Positions 27,100 to 38,279 of a DNA stretch of 63,491 nucleotides are shown here, piece after piece. The notes under the pieces are model-generated. The model worked only from the letters and a program-made list of their open reading frames with translations, was not told the origin of the DNA and ran no database searches. A program made the translations under genes and the position numbers. Every line of letters begins with the position of its first letter. The first letter of the stretch is position 1. The DNA is from Chiloscyllium plagiosum (Eukaryota): NCBI RefSeq assembly GCF_004010195.1, contig NC_057758.1, forward strand, positions 1,610,490-1,673,980, read 5' to 3'.

Positions 27100-27955
27100 T
27101 GTGTAGGAGACAGATGGCAAGTCAGATGTGTTGTTCCGTGATAAGTGGAATTCAGTCCGGATAAATGTGAGATAATGCAATTGAGCAAGAAAAATAACTT
27201 TTAAAATATATGGTGTTTGGTAGGATCATGAAGCACTGTGGATCGGAGGAACCTTGCTGTGTAAGCCCAGCAGTCTCTTCAGGTATCGGGACAGATGGGT
27301 ACAGTGATTAAAAAAACATGTGGAATACTTGTTTTTAATAGCCGAAGCATTGAAGTTAACTACATGCAGGTGATGAGGGTATACTGTGTAAAATATTCTT
27401 TCGGCCACAGCTGAAATAGTATGTGCAGTTCTGGAATCCACATTGCAGGAGGGACGTGCTATCACTGGAAAGGATGCAGATGAGATTTACCAGGATGTTA
27501 CCTCGTCTGAAGAGATTCAGTTATGAAGACACTAGGCACATTGTGGTTGTTGTTCTTGGAGCAGAGGAGGTTCAGCGATAACATGACTGAGATGTACAAA
27601 TTCATGCATGGCATAGACATAACAGACAGGAAGAAACCTGTCCTCTTGATGTAGTTTCAAATACTAGGAGGCATCGCTTACAGGTGAGGGACAGAAGCTT
27701 TAGAAGAAATGTGAGGAGTATCTATTTCACACCCAGAAGGAGGCAGGAATCCAGAACTGACTATTTATTAGCGCAGTTCATGCAGAAACACTCACAACGT
27801 CGAAGAAGTTTTCAGATGTGCACTTGCAATGCCAAGGCATGCAAAGCTAGTGGGCAAGTGCTTAGAAAATAGAATGAGAGTAGTTAGGATGTTTATGACT
27901 AGAGTACACTCAATGAGCGTTTTTTCTTTAGTTGTCTACGACTCTGATTCTGTGA
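27100..27955 (+). mobile_element. Old CR1 3' fragment
   Basis: YVQFWNPH, ERMQ.RFTRMLP; decayed GACTCT tail. Confidence 0.75.
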
Positions 27956-28034
27956 CAATGAAAATGTCCACATGCTGTAAACGAGAAAACCAATTGAAAC
28001 AGAACATGTCTTTCACGGGTTTCGATGTTTATTT

Positions 28035-28251
28035 TTGTCAAAAAATTACGAATGGTGTATGTGGATATGGGTTTGCTCGCTGAGCTGGAAGGTTCAATTT
28101 CAGACTTTCATTACCATAATATACCCTCATCACCTGCATGTAGTTAACTTCAATGCTTCGGCTATTGTCAAAAAATTACGAATGGTGTATGTGGATATGG
28201 GTTTGCTCGCTGAGCTGGAAGGTTCAATTTCAGACTTTCATTACCATAATA
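28035..28251 (+). repeat. Perfect 87-bp direct repeat (28035-28121 = 28165-28251) around a templated inverted insert
   Basis: Direct base comparison; 28120-28166 is the exact reverse complement of 27337-27383. Confidence 0.92.
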
Positions 28252-28670
28252 GGTAACAACTTCAGTGAGGCTCTGGACGAAGCACTGCTGATAATGCCAG
28301 CTTTCTATTTATATGTTTGCATTTCTTTGGGTTGATGATGTCATTTTCTATGGTGATGTCATTTCCTGCTCTTTTTTCTCTGCGGATGGTAAATGGGGTC
28401 CAAGTCAATGGGCCAACACATTGACTTGGACCCAATTTACCACCAGCTGTGAAAAAGAACAGGGAACGTCATCACTACAGCAAATGACATCACCAACCCA
28501 TAGAAACCCAAACAGAAAAGATAAAGGAATCATCAGCAGTGCTTCGTTCAGAGGCTCACTGAAGATGTTGCCTAGTATGGTGATGAGATGTCTGGAAATA
28601 AACCGTCCAGCTCAGTGAGGAAACCGACATACGCAACCTAAACTTGAGCTGCAAATCTTCTCAAAACTAG
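28185..28670. mobile_element. Head-to-head Penelope 3' ends forming an imperfect palindrome
   Basis: GGGTCCAAGTCAATG (28396-28410), 8-nt loop, CATTGACTTGGACCC (28419-28433); arms stay complementary for over 200 bp. Confidence 0.8.
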
Positions 28671-29638
28671 TTAATAAATGATATGTTCCATGAATGTTGA
28701 GTTTGCTTTTTGATTGTCTAAGTATTGGATGTATTCTCGATGTTGTACTCCATGTGCAGTTGGGTCACATGCATGCAGTTCGAGTGACATTAAAAGAAGC
28801 ATATGGAGAGGATGTGGTGGCAAGGTCTTATTGAGCTTACTTCTGAGCCTAAAATCCATTATGTTGCAATAATCGCAATGAATAGGTGGAGTTCATAATT
28901 CCAAGAATCACGTGGAGTCTGGTGCAATGAACAGAGAAGAAATTTCATCGATGCATTAGACCTAACATGCTCAATATCAGAATAAGAGAACTTACTGAAT
29001 TTTCTTTGCCATATCATTTTCATCTCATACTTATAAACAGAATATCGCTTTTTCCCTCGATTAATATTGGCCACTGCTTTCCAATATCTGTGGCAAAATG
29101 TACGTCATATTAATGTCACCCTTTGTCATTTTGGAAATAAAAAGCATGGGATGTGGATGTCTCCAGCATGATTCAAATTTATTCTCCATTCCTAATTGCC
29201 CACAGGATGGTATGAAGTCAACAACATTGCCGGGTGCCTGCCTGCAGTTATGTGTAGAATGGGCGGAGTTATGACGGCAGATTTCCATCCGATAAGAACC
29301 AAATTTAACCAGATGTTTATTAACATCAGTGAGAGTGGAATGTAGTCAATAATATCCATTTACCACAAAGTCACCAACTGACAGGTTTGGATTCGAATCC
29401 AACTCACCACGAGATTGGTCTGAAGTCCTGGGCTGCTCGCCTAATCATGTTCCCATGATTCAATTTCTTGCTTAGATGAACAATATTACTGCGAGTGTAA
29501 GGAGGAAAGGTCCAGTCTGCCGTTGGTTAAATTTCACAATGCTTTTCCAATCCTCTACTGTAAAGTCATATGTTGTGTTTGAAAATCCAACTCTCCAAAC
29601 TATCTCAATGAAGGCAAAATACTGCACATGCTGAAAAT

Positions 29639-30316
29639 TGTAATGGCGTTTCTCCTTGACCAAGGCTATGTTGTCCTTGGAGTTTTATTTTTCAGAGTGG
29701 ATCGTAAACACAGAGGTTGCGGGGTTTCTAGTTGGAATGGGTTTTATGGCCATAACTATTGCTTATAACTAACAGACACTGCCTCAATCAAAAAGCTTTC
29801 AAGTTTAAAAATAAAACACTTGTACAATGAAAAGGGAGCGGCTAGTTCTCAAAGCTCAACTCACACTGGTTTGATTTTTTTTTAGCAGCCTGACTGTTCA
29901 AAGCTGCTGGTCCGTTGCTAGCTGGTAGTCTAAAAGAAACAGCTACGTGGAAGAAGGTGTGCCATGCTCAACGTCTCTGCCATCTCTCTCGCTCCTGTTG
30001 GACGCTGTGTTTGATCTCACCTTTCCTTGCCCAGGCATATTTACGGGGATTGTTTCAAGAACTTGGAACAGCACAATTAAGTTGGGATAATCTGTTGGGT
30101 TTTCCGAACGATTAAGTTATTCTGTATTCTATGATATTTGGTTTGTGGTTTATTCGGTTTACTGCAAAAAAACACGTTTTGTCTAAAACCAATGGGTTTG
30201 ACCAGCTGCATAACTCGTGCAATATCTACAATGTACCTACTGAAAATAACGAGAAACATGAGGGGTTGGAAAACCTTACTGAGATGTTTTAAGGGGATTT
30301 GGCTTGGTCCATAACA
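29639..30316 (+). mobile_element. Probable solo LTR
   Basis: TGTAA...TAACA ends; shares terminal TGGTCCATAACA with the Gypsy remnant; appears to split an older Penelope-type terminal repeat. No clean TSD. Confidence 0.5.
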
Positions 30317-30977
30317 TGATTTGAAATGAAAGAATTGAAATTACACGAGAAAGTCGCAAGGTTTGATGGTATCTGTGGAGAGAGAAATATCGGACATGTT
30401 TCGAATCTGAAACTCATCCTCATTTCTAACGAAAAGTTATTGGTTATTAGTTCTGTTTCTTTCTCCAAGGAAACTGTCAAACCTAATGGTTTTCTCCAGC
30501 AGGTTGAGAACCTCAGAACATGAGACAGTTTTCTCCAAGAGTTTAGAAGCTGTGAGATGATCTGAGAAAAGTCTTCAAGCTGTTAACAGGGAAAAAAAAA
30601 ACAAGGTACATACATGTGAAATTATGAAACTGGCAATGGATTATATTCGAATTAGGACCAGATTGTACAGTAGAGATATTATGAAGATGTCTTACACACA
30701 AAATGCGTGAGGTATTTGAATTCACTTCTATAAATGTGATTGGATGCTGGAGCAGTGGTTAAATTAAAATCTGTGCTCGATTTTTTTTGAGGTACTAAGG
30801 AATATGGATCAAAGTTACTTTGGCTAACAGATCAACCCTGATCTAATTGGATCATGGAACAGACTGTAGCAGCTGAATAGCTCACTCCTGTACCTATGTT
30901 CCTGTATGAACGAAAAACATGAACAAGCAATTCAGCCCATCGAGCATGCTCTGCTAATTAATGGATCATGGTTAACT

Positions 30978-31110
30978 CATTCCTGAAGAAGGGCTTATGC
31001 CCGAAACGTCGATTCTCCTGCTCCTCGGATGCTGCCTGGTCTGTTGTGTTTTTCCAGCACCACATTTTTCAACTCTGGTACTCCAGCATCTGCAGTCCTC
31101 ACTTTCTCCT
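30978..31110 (+). mobile_element. Solo Penelope terminal repeat with TSD
   Basis: CATTCCTGAAGAAGGG...CACTTTCTCC flanked by TAACTCAT (30973-30980, 31110-31117). Confidence 0.82.
30983..31010 (+). ncRNA. Minimal hammerhead ribozyme core
   Basis: CTGAAGA, A, GGGC-TTAT-GCCC stem II, GAAAC, GTC. Confidence 0.7.
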
Positions 31111-31923
31111 AACTCATCTCATATTCTGTTCACTTTCCCGCCCACTCTGCAAAATACATCTATTCATTAGCAAATGAATATCAGTCTCGATCCTCTTAAA
31201 TTGTTCTCAAAATTCTTTAGAGGGACATTATTTTTCTCATATCTGCATTGCATGCACATCTTCATCACCTTAAACAATGACTGGAGCATTTCATTCTTGT
31301 TGATCCACATGTAGAATGATCTTTTCTACATATATTTGTCAATTTCCTTTAGCATCTCTTGCACTCATGAACCCCTCATCTCTGGAATATACCGAGCGAA
31401 CTTACTCTGAGCCAAGTCAGAAAAATTCAGATCAGTCGTGGCTGAACAAAGAAAAAGAGGGAGAATTTTACAGATTTTAGGATTAAAATGAGACATTTTC
31501 AAGCTTCCAGATGAGCAAATAGCTTCTTCTTTCTTAGTCTTCCATTTCAGAATTCCTGTGCTCTCTTTGCTGTTAACCAACCATGGGTTCATCTGGTATT
31601 GACGGTTTACAATGGAATGTGTCACTGCTCCAGTGGATGTGAAAGGCTCAGTTAAAATCACGTCATTTGAACATCACACTGTGCCAATTTGAAATAGATA
31701 AGGACCCACCCTCCACCACCATGTTAAAGAATCTCCCTTTTACCGACATGGCACCATGTGAAAATGATTCCTTCGCCAGCACAATGCACATTAACTTGGG
31801 GACCATGCCAGGCAGCCACACCTCCAATCTTCATTGTAGTCAGCCGACGGCCCTGTGAAGCAAGCACCACATCAACCGCATAGTCGCTAACACATAGTTG
31901 AACAACATCCAGGTCCCACTGAT

Positions 31924-31929
31924 TTTATT
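31924..31929 (-). promoter_or_regulatory. Candidate polyadenylation signal of the GPCR gene
   Basis: AATAAA on the minus strand about 47 nt past the TAA stop; AT-rich context, so it could be chance. Confidence 0.35.
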
Positions 31930-31975
31930 AAACAACAGAGGAATAGCAGAGATGCAAATAAGAGATTCGGTTTTT

Positions 31976-32877
31976 TTATCGTTGAAGTATTTGCAAAAGT
32001 AGAGTGAAGGGATATATTGTCAAGTCCTTCAATTCTTTTCTGAACTTCGTCTGGCTCACGGCATAAATGCATGTATTTGTGCAGCAGCTCAGGATCTGCA
32101 GCATAAAGCCCATTTCTCGTACAAAATAATCCAAAGACTCTGATTCATACCCCAAGCGAAACAGTCGCGTCCAAATGGAATTAACCATAAAAACTGCCCA
32201 CAACACCATGAAATTTACTGAGATTCCAAACAGTAAAATGATAGCTTTCTTTCGACTCTCCATTTCTGAATCTCTAGGGATTCCCCCATCACTGTGAGCT
32301 CTGAGTCTTCTGCGTGCTCTGCTGGTCACTAAAATGTGTTTGACAGTGAAAATATTGAGCAGCAGAATTAGCACAAATGGGACCGCTGGGGTGAGAATGT
32401 GATGGACAAACTCAATAGTTCCCCACAAAAGAGAAAACAGGACTTGGATTGTTACTGCACAAAACCATGGTGAGTTTGTCAATGCATATGTACTTTTCAA
32501 TATAAAATACCAGGAGACATTTTTTAAACAACTCAGCACAGTTACAATTGCGAGAACCATAGCCGCCGTTTTCTTGACGCAATATTTACTTTTAAACTTC
32601 TGGCAACAGATAGCGACAAACCGATCAAACGTGAAAGTAACAGTGAACCAGACAGAACAGTCAGTGGCTGCATAAAGTAGGATGGCATGGACATTACACA
32701 CAGGGATGCTCCTCATGAAAAAAAATTGTTGCGAGTAAACAATCGGAATCTGTCTCATTATCAGGTCGAAGAGCACAACCAGCAGATCTGTTGCCGCCAT
32801 AGCTTGCAGGTAGAAAGTGACACATTTGGATAGACCACATTTTCCATGATAGAGAATAACAATCGTCAAAGTATTAA
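31976..32877 (-). CDS. GPR139/GPR142-like class A GPCR, coding exon 2 (rest of TM1 to TM7 and C-tail)
   Basis: Acceptor TTTATTTCTTTATTTCACAG|TT at 32878/32877; G+TT gives Val, joining to GVT-V-NTLTIVIL. Motifs: TM2 AMAATDLLVV, TM3 FTFDRFVAIC, TM5 TPAVPF, basic ICL3, TM7 SCCTNTCIY, helix 8 QTKFR. No stops or frameshifts; 187+902=1089 nt, 362 aa. Family named from recalled similarity, not claimed as the GPR139 orthologue. Confidence 0.92.
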
Positions 32878-33979
32878 CTGTGAAATAAAGAAATAAATTG
32901 GAATATAATACACCAGTCGGGAGTAAAGTTACCACATCGATAGAAATGCTTTCACACATATTGTATTATTATGAAAAATATCAAATACATGACAAAAAAA
33001 AGAAAAGTCTTATTTTATTCATGGGCATTGCCAACCTAGCCAACACTTTTTTTTGCCCATCCCCCGATCAAATCGAGAAGATGATGGTGAGCTGACTTAT
33101 AAAATTGCTACAGTCCATATTTTTTAAGGAGACTCACCATACCATTTTCGAGGGTATTCAAGAGCTTCAACTGAGTGATTCGAAGGGATGGCAATTTATT
33201 TCCAAGTCAGAATGAGGAAGGGGGAACAGGCAGAAGACAGGGATCTGCTCTTGTCTTTTTCGGTGGAAGAGATACTGGGGTTGGAATGTGCCTTGATGAA
33301 AATATGAAAGGCGTCATGGAGATAGCACATGCTGCCACTAATGTGCGTCGACGACTGAGGGACTGGTGATTTGTGGAAGCACTGCTAATCATGTGGGCTG
33401 CTTCTCCTCGAAGTTGTGAAGCACGTCAAGTGCTGTTAGAGTTCTAGGTCTAAGAAGTGTCGAATCGATTTCACGCAGGCATCTGGAGAGTCAGGAGGTG
33501 AGTGACACATTGCAGATTCCCGAGCTTAATACCTCATCTTTAACTACATTATTTATATGCCTGCTTCAGCTATGTCTGATCATCGTAAACCTTCAGAATG
33601 CTGATGTTGTGCGATTCACCTGTGGCAAAGCCATTGCATGCCAAGAGGCAATGATTCTTTTTGCCTCTTGTGATGAAGGGCATTGCCTCCACTTCTGTGG
33701 CATGCATATTACTTGTATTTTAACATGCTAAGCCTGTATTTTGCACAGGTCTTGCTGCATTTGTGCATTAGGCGATTTCAGTATCTGAGGAGTTACGAAT
33801 GAGGTTGCACATTGCGTCGTGATCAATGCACGTCCATATTTCTGATCTTATGATGAAGGGAAAGTTATTGATGAAGGGGCTGAAGACATTTGATTTTTAG
33901 ATACCACCCTTTGGAACTCCTGCAGCCGAGATCACTGACATCAACAAATCCAACCATCTTCCTATGTGCCACGTATTTT

Positions 33980-35720
33980 CCAGGAAAAGACAGAGGAATT
34001 GAATAGTTGCGTTACGTTATTCCACACAGTAGACGGCAGCAACAGCAGCAAAAAAAAACATGAAATATTTGTGCAGAAAAGGATAAGTCGAAACAAATAA
34101 AAAACTATCACTTGAAGTGCTTTGGAAATAATGTAACTAAAGATTAATACAATACCTGGTACTGATGAGATATGCTAGAATAAAAAAAGAAGCAACCACA
34201 GATGTACTTGTAAGAATCTTCCAGAAACCCATAGGTTTGGAAAACTAACAACGTGATAAATATATTCAGAAATGGAATAAGACAAGAGAATAGTGAAGTA
34301 AAGACCTGTGAGTTGAATCCCTATTATTGGGAAAATGGTACACCCAATTAGAAAGTATACAATAGCAGAACATTTAGAAATGCAAAATAGAATTAGTATG
34401 GCTGCACTAAAGCGTAATCATACCTGTCAAATTTACTAGACGTCTTTGTGGAGATGAGAAGCAAGATAGGAAGAGGAAGAATAGTACCACAAGAGAGGTC
34501 ATGCTTTATCTCCTCTTCTGACTCTATTTTGATTTAGCCGCCCTTTCTCCCCACCTGATCTTACGTTTGATGGTTTGCATTGTCCTGAACATACATTGCG
34601 AAAAAATAATTCAATTGGAAAGCATGATGACTATTATTGGATGAAAAACAAAACAATGTGACTGATAATTTTGTTTTGGGAAAAAAGAAGTCTTGCAGTT
34701 GTCTGTAGGTCTGGACATATAGTAAACAAAAGGGATGCACAGGATGAGTTGTATTTAGATTTTCAGACGGCATTTTAACGAGGTGTCATCAGGTGACTTA
34801 GAAAGTTAGTTTTGGAGCGATATATTAGCATGGATAAAGTATTGGCAATTGAACAAATTACAGACATGTGTGAAAAATGTGGCATTCTCAGGATGTAAAC
34901 CTGTAAATGCTGGAATGCATAAAACAAATGAGTGTTGGGCCATAAACATTTTCAAATTATATTATAGACTTGAATGACGCAGTTGAATATATCATATGGA
35001 ACTTTGTGGAAAACACAAACATAGGTGCAAAGGTATACGGCGAGACTTCAGGGGAAACAGACAGGTTAAGATCGTTGACACAAACTTGCAAGATTGATTA
35101 CAAAGTGAAATAATATGGTGCCATCCTCTTTGGCAGCAAGAACAGTGGAGTTAAATATCATTTCAAGTGAAAAGATCACAGAACACTGCATTAAATGGGA
35201 ACGTTGAAATCATCCTGCATGATTTCCAAAATAAAAAGTAGCTTCAAAACTCAATGGTTGACGGGATGAAAATTAGACCGTTTGTCTTTATTTCCAAGTG
35301 AATGGAGTATAGAAGAATGAGAGACAATGTCTTTGATACGTACGAAAATCTTGGAGACTGAAGAGGTTTGACGCAGAAAGCTTGTTTCTTCTTGTGGGAA
35401 ATCTTGGAGAAGAGATCAGAAAATCTGAATAAGTGGCCACATATTTCAGACAGAGAGGAGGAGTTTCTTCTTCCAGGTAGTAATTAATCTTTCGAATTCT
35501 TTAGCAGAGACGTTAATTAAGACTGGGTCATTAAATAGTTTCAAGGCTGATAGATTGTTAGTTACAGAAAGAGCATGCTTTTTTTATCAAAAGAGACTCA
35601 AGACTTATGGAAAAAAAATCAATAACATGGAGTTGAGGACGATAAGACTAGCTATGATCTCATTAAATGGCAAAGCAGTGTCAATGGGCAGATTGGCCGA
35701 CTCGTGCTATTCTGCGTCAT
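33980..35720 (+). mobile_element. Highly decayed CR1 ORF2 remnants in the GPCR intron
   Basis: VVFRFS.GI-like RT remnant near 34750; 3' end homologous to 20100-20350. Confidence 0.55.
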
Positions 35721-36104
35721 AGAAATATAGAGAGATCAACAGGACAAGATTGTGAGTGCTCCGCTGTCCAATACAATAATGGGTGAGGATCTAACCCCGT
35801 CTTCTGCAATAACCTTTGATCACCTTTAGCCTGCAGTATGATACCAAACTCCTTCTTGAAACCAAATAATGGGTTGACATCAATAGGTTTCTCTGGAAGA
35901 GAATTCCACAGATTCATCAATATCTGGAATATTTTCTCGGTCATCCCAGACATATATATCTCTAGAGTGTGATCCCCTTGTTTTGGGTTGCCCCGATAAT
36001 TGGGAACTTGCCTCTAAAGTTTAAACCTTTGGTCCTCTCAGAGTTTTATCGATCTCTATGAGAAGATCCCTTAATCTTCCAAACTCAACTGAAAATATGA
36101 TGAA

Positions 36105-36305
36105 GAGGTGCCAGTGTTGGACTTGGGTGCACAAAAATAAAAATCTCACAACACCATTTTATACTCTAACTTGTGTTTACTAGTTTTCGGAGACCTGCTC
36201 CTTCGTCAGGTAACTAGTCAACTAGATAACTGATGAAGGAACAGCGCTCAAAAAGCTAGGACTTACAAATCAACTTGTTGGACTATAACCTGGTGCTAAG
36301 TGAAT
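36105..36305. mobile_element. Small fold-back element with hammerhead-like cores (third Penelope-type family)
   Basis: CTAGTTTTCGGAGACCTGCTCCTTCGTCAG faces CTGATGAAGGAACAGCGCTCAAAAGCTAG; outer arms also roughly complementary. Confidence 0.65.
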
Positions 36306-36809
36306 ACGGTAATAACCAATCAATTTCACATCATACATTAGTCATGCCATCTGGGAATCAGTCTGACACATCATCATTGCACTCCCCCCATTGCCCGAAC
36401 ATCCCTCCTCTGAAAAGGAGACCCGTGCTGCACTCAACATGTCAGTTGTGATCTTTCGAAGGCCCTGTGGAATTGCAGTGGGACATCCCTTTCCTCGAAT
36501 CCTTTTACTCTTCATATAAACATACCATTTGCTTTCTCCACCGCCTGCATGCTTTACTTTAGGAACTGGTGCTTTCGAGTACTCACATCAAACTGAACCT
36601 CCGTTTCTCCGAATCCTTCAAAATTCTGGTAACAATCTGCATTCCTCGTTTCTTGCAACCACATTGATCCACATTGTACTTCTGCCTCGAATTTTCACTT
36701 TAACTCAACTCGCCCAAGTCACACTGAAGGCTCTTTTCATATTCCTGCGATTGCCAATCAGCAGAAAAATAATTGGGCTAGCCATATAAATGTTGAGTGT
36801 ATCGATTCT

Positions 36810-37405
36810 TGACTGGTCAGAGTATTGAATACAGGAGTTGGGTGGTCATTAAGTGGCTGCACAATTATTAGTTCAGTCACTTCTGGACTATTGCGTGCAA
36901 TTCTGGTTTCTTTTCTGTCTGAAGGGCGTTGTGAAACTTCAAAGAGTTTAGAAAATATATGCAAGGCTGTTGCCAGCGTTGAGGATTTGAACTATAGAGA
37001 GTAATGAATAGATTTGGGCTATTTTCCCTGGAGCATCGGAGGGTGAGGGGCGACCTTACAGAGGTTTATAAAATCAGGGGGAGAATGAATAGAATAAATA
37101 GGCAAAATACTTTTCTTAGGCTATGGGAGTTCAGAATTGGGGGCAAAGTTTCATGATAAGAGGGGAAAGGTATAAAAGGGACAACCTTTTTCATGCAGAT
37201 GGCGGTTCTTGTCTGGAATGGTTTGCCAGAGGAAGTGGTGAAGGCTGGCACAATAGCAACATTTTAAAGGCATGTGGATGGGTATGTGACCAGGAAACGT
37301 TTAGAGGGAGTTGAGCTAAGTATTGGTTAGGATATCGGATCCGCATGGATGAGTTGGACGAAAGGCTCAGTTTCCATGCTGTACATCTCTAGCACTCTGT
37401 GACAC
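36810..37405 (+). mobile_element. HER1/CR1 3' fragment
   Basis: Homologous to 6677-7257; tail TCCATGCTGTACATCTCTAGCACTCT. Confidence 0.82.
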
Positions 37406-37409
37406 TTAA

Positions 37410-37945
37410 CAATCTGGATATCCAGCAGCGCGTAACTGACTTAGCAATTATCTGTCTATCCCCGACATGTGACAAGCAAGGGGTGTGATGGAAATCTCCC
37501 AAAATGTCTGCAGATCCAAATACACATTAGACACCCAATAGCTTGTAAGACAAAGCAGCAATTTGCTTGGCGCCACATCCATTGGCTCCATTGTCCACAC
37601 TAAGTAGCAGTAGCTTGTACCTCCAATATGCACTGCCAAGATTTGTCAAGGTTCCTCGGACATCAACTTCGGAACACATGACTACTATGACCGAGGACAC
37701 TGCAGTAGTTGCATGGGATCACGACTCATTGCAAGTTCGCCTCCAAGCCATTCACCACCATGATCTGGAAATATACCATCGTTTTCTCTGAGTGAAAATC
37801 CTGGCGTTGCTGAGTGAAAGTCCTGGCGTTTCCAGCTACAGCATGTGAACCGCAGTAGTTTAGAAAGACAGCTCATTGTCAATGTCGAATCAAGGGCCGG
37901 CAATAAATGTTAGCCACGCAGGCGACGGCCACATTTATGAATCAA
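37410..37945 (+). mobile_element. Old CR1/L2-group LINE 3' end
   Basis: Homologous to 2970-3300; ends GGCAATAAATGTTAGCC...CACATTTATGAATCAAT. Confidence 0.55.
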
Positions 37946-38279
37946 TAACCCACAGAAATGTGATTCACTGAATTGTCTCCCTGAACGGGAGCAGGAAGTC
38001 AAAGAGATATTCATTGCATCATCACGGGATTGTCAAGAGCAAATCCGTTGATTACATCCACTTAAAAGAAAATTGAATGCTTTTATGTTTATTTCCGAAT
38101 ATATTTTGAAGGAGTAAACTTTACTAAAGGGGTTGTTCAGTGGCCAGATACAGATCGAATTATAAAGGCACGGCCAGTCGTGCCGTTTGATGTTGTTTTC
38201 CGATTCTTATGCTCATTATTGTTGTGCATGCCTATCTGTTTCACTCTACAAACTCCCGGATATTCAGAGCAGAGTGGAG

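Noticed and set aside
28035..28251. Repeat-spacer-repeat pattern resembling CRISPR
   Set aside because: Only two 87-bp copies, vertebrate context, no cas genes, and the spacer is a local inverted copy.
32878..32959. ORF-track N-terminus MCESISIDVV... of the 327-aa GPCR ORF
   Set aside because: It starts at a non-ATG codon and runs through a polypyrimidine tract and CAG acceptor; it is intron, and the real TM1 start is at 42440-42626.
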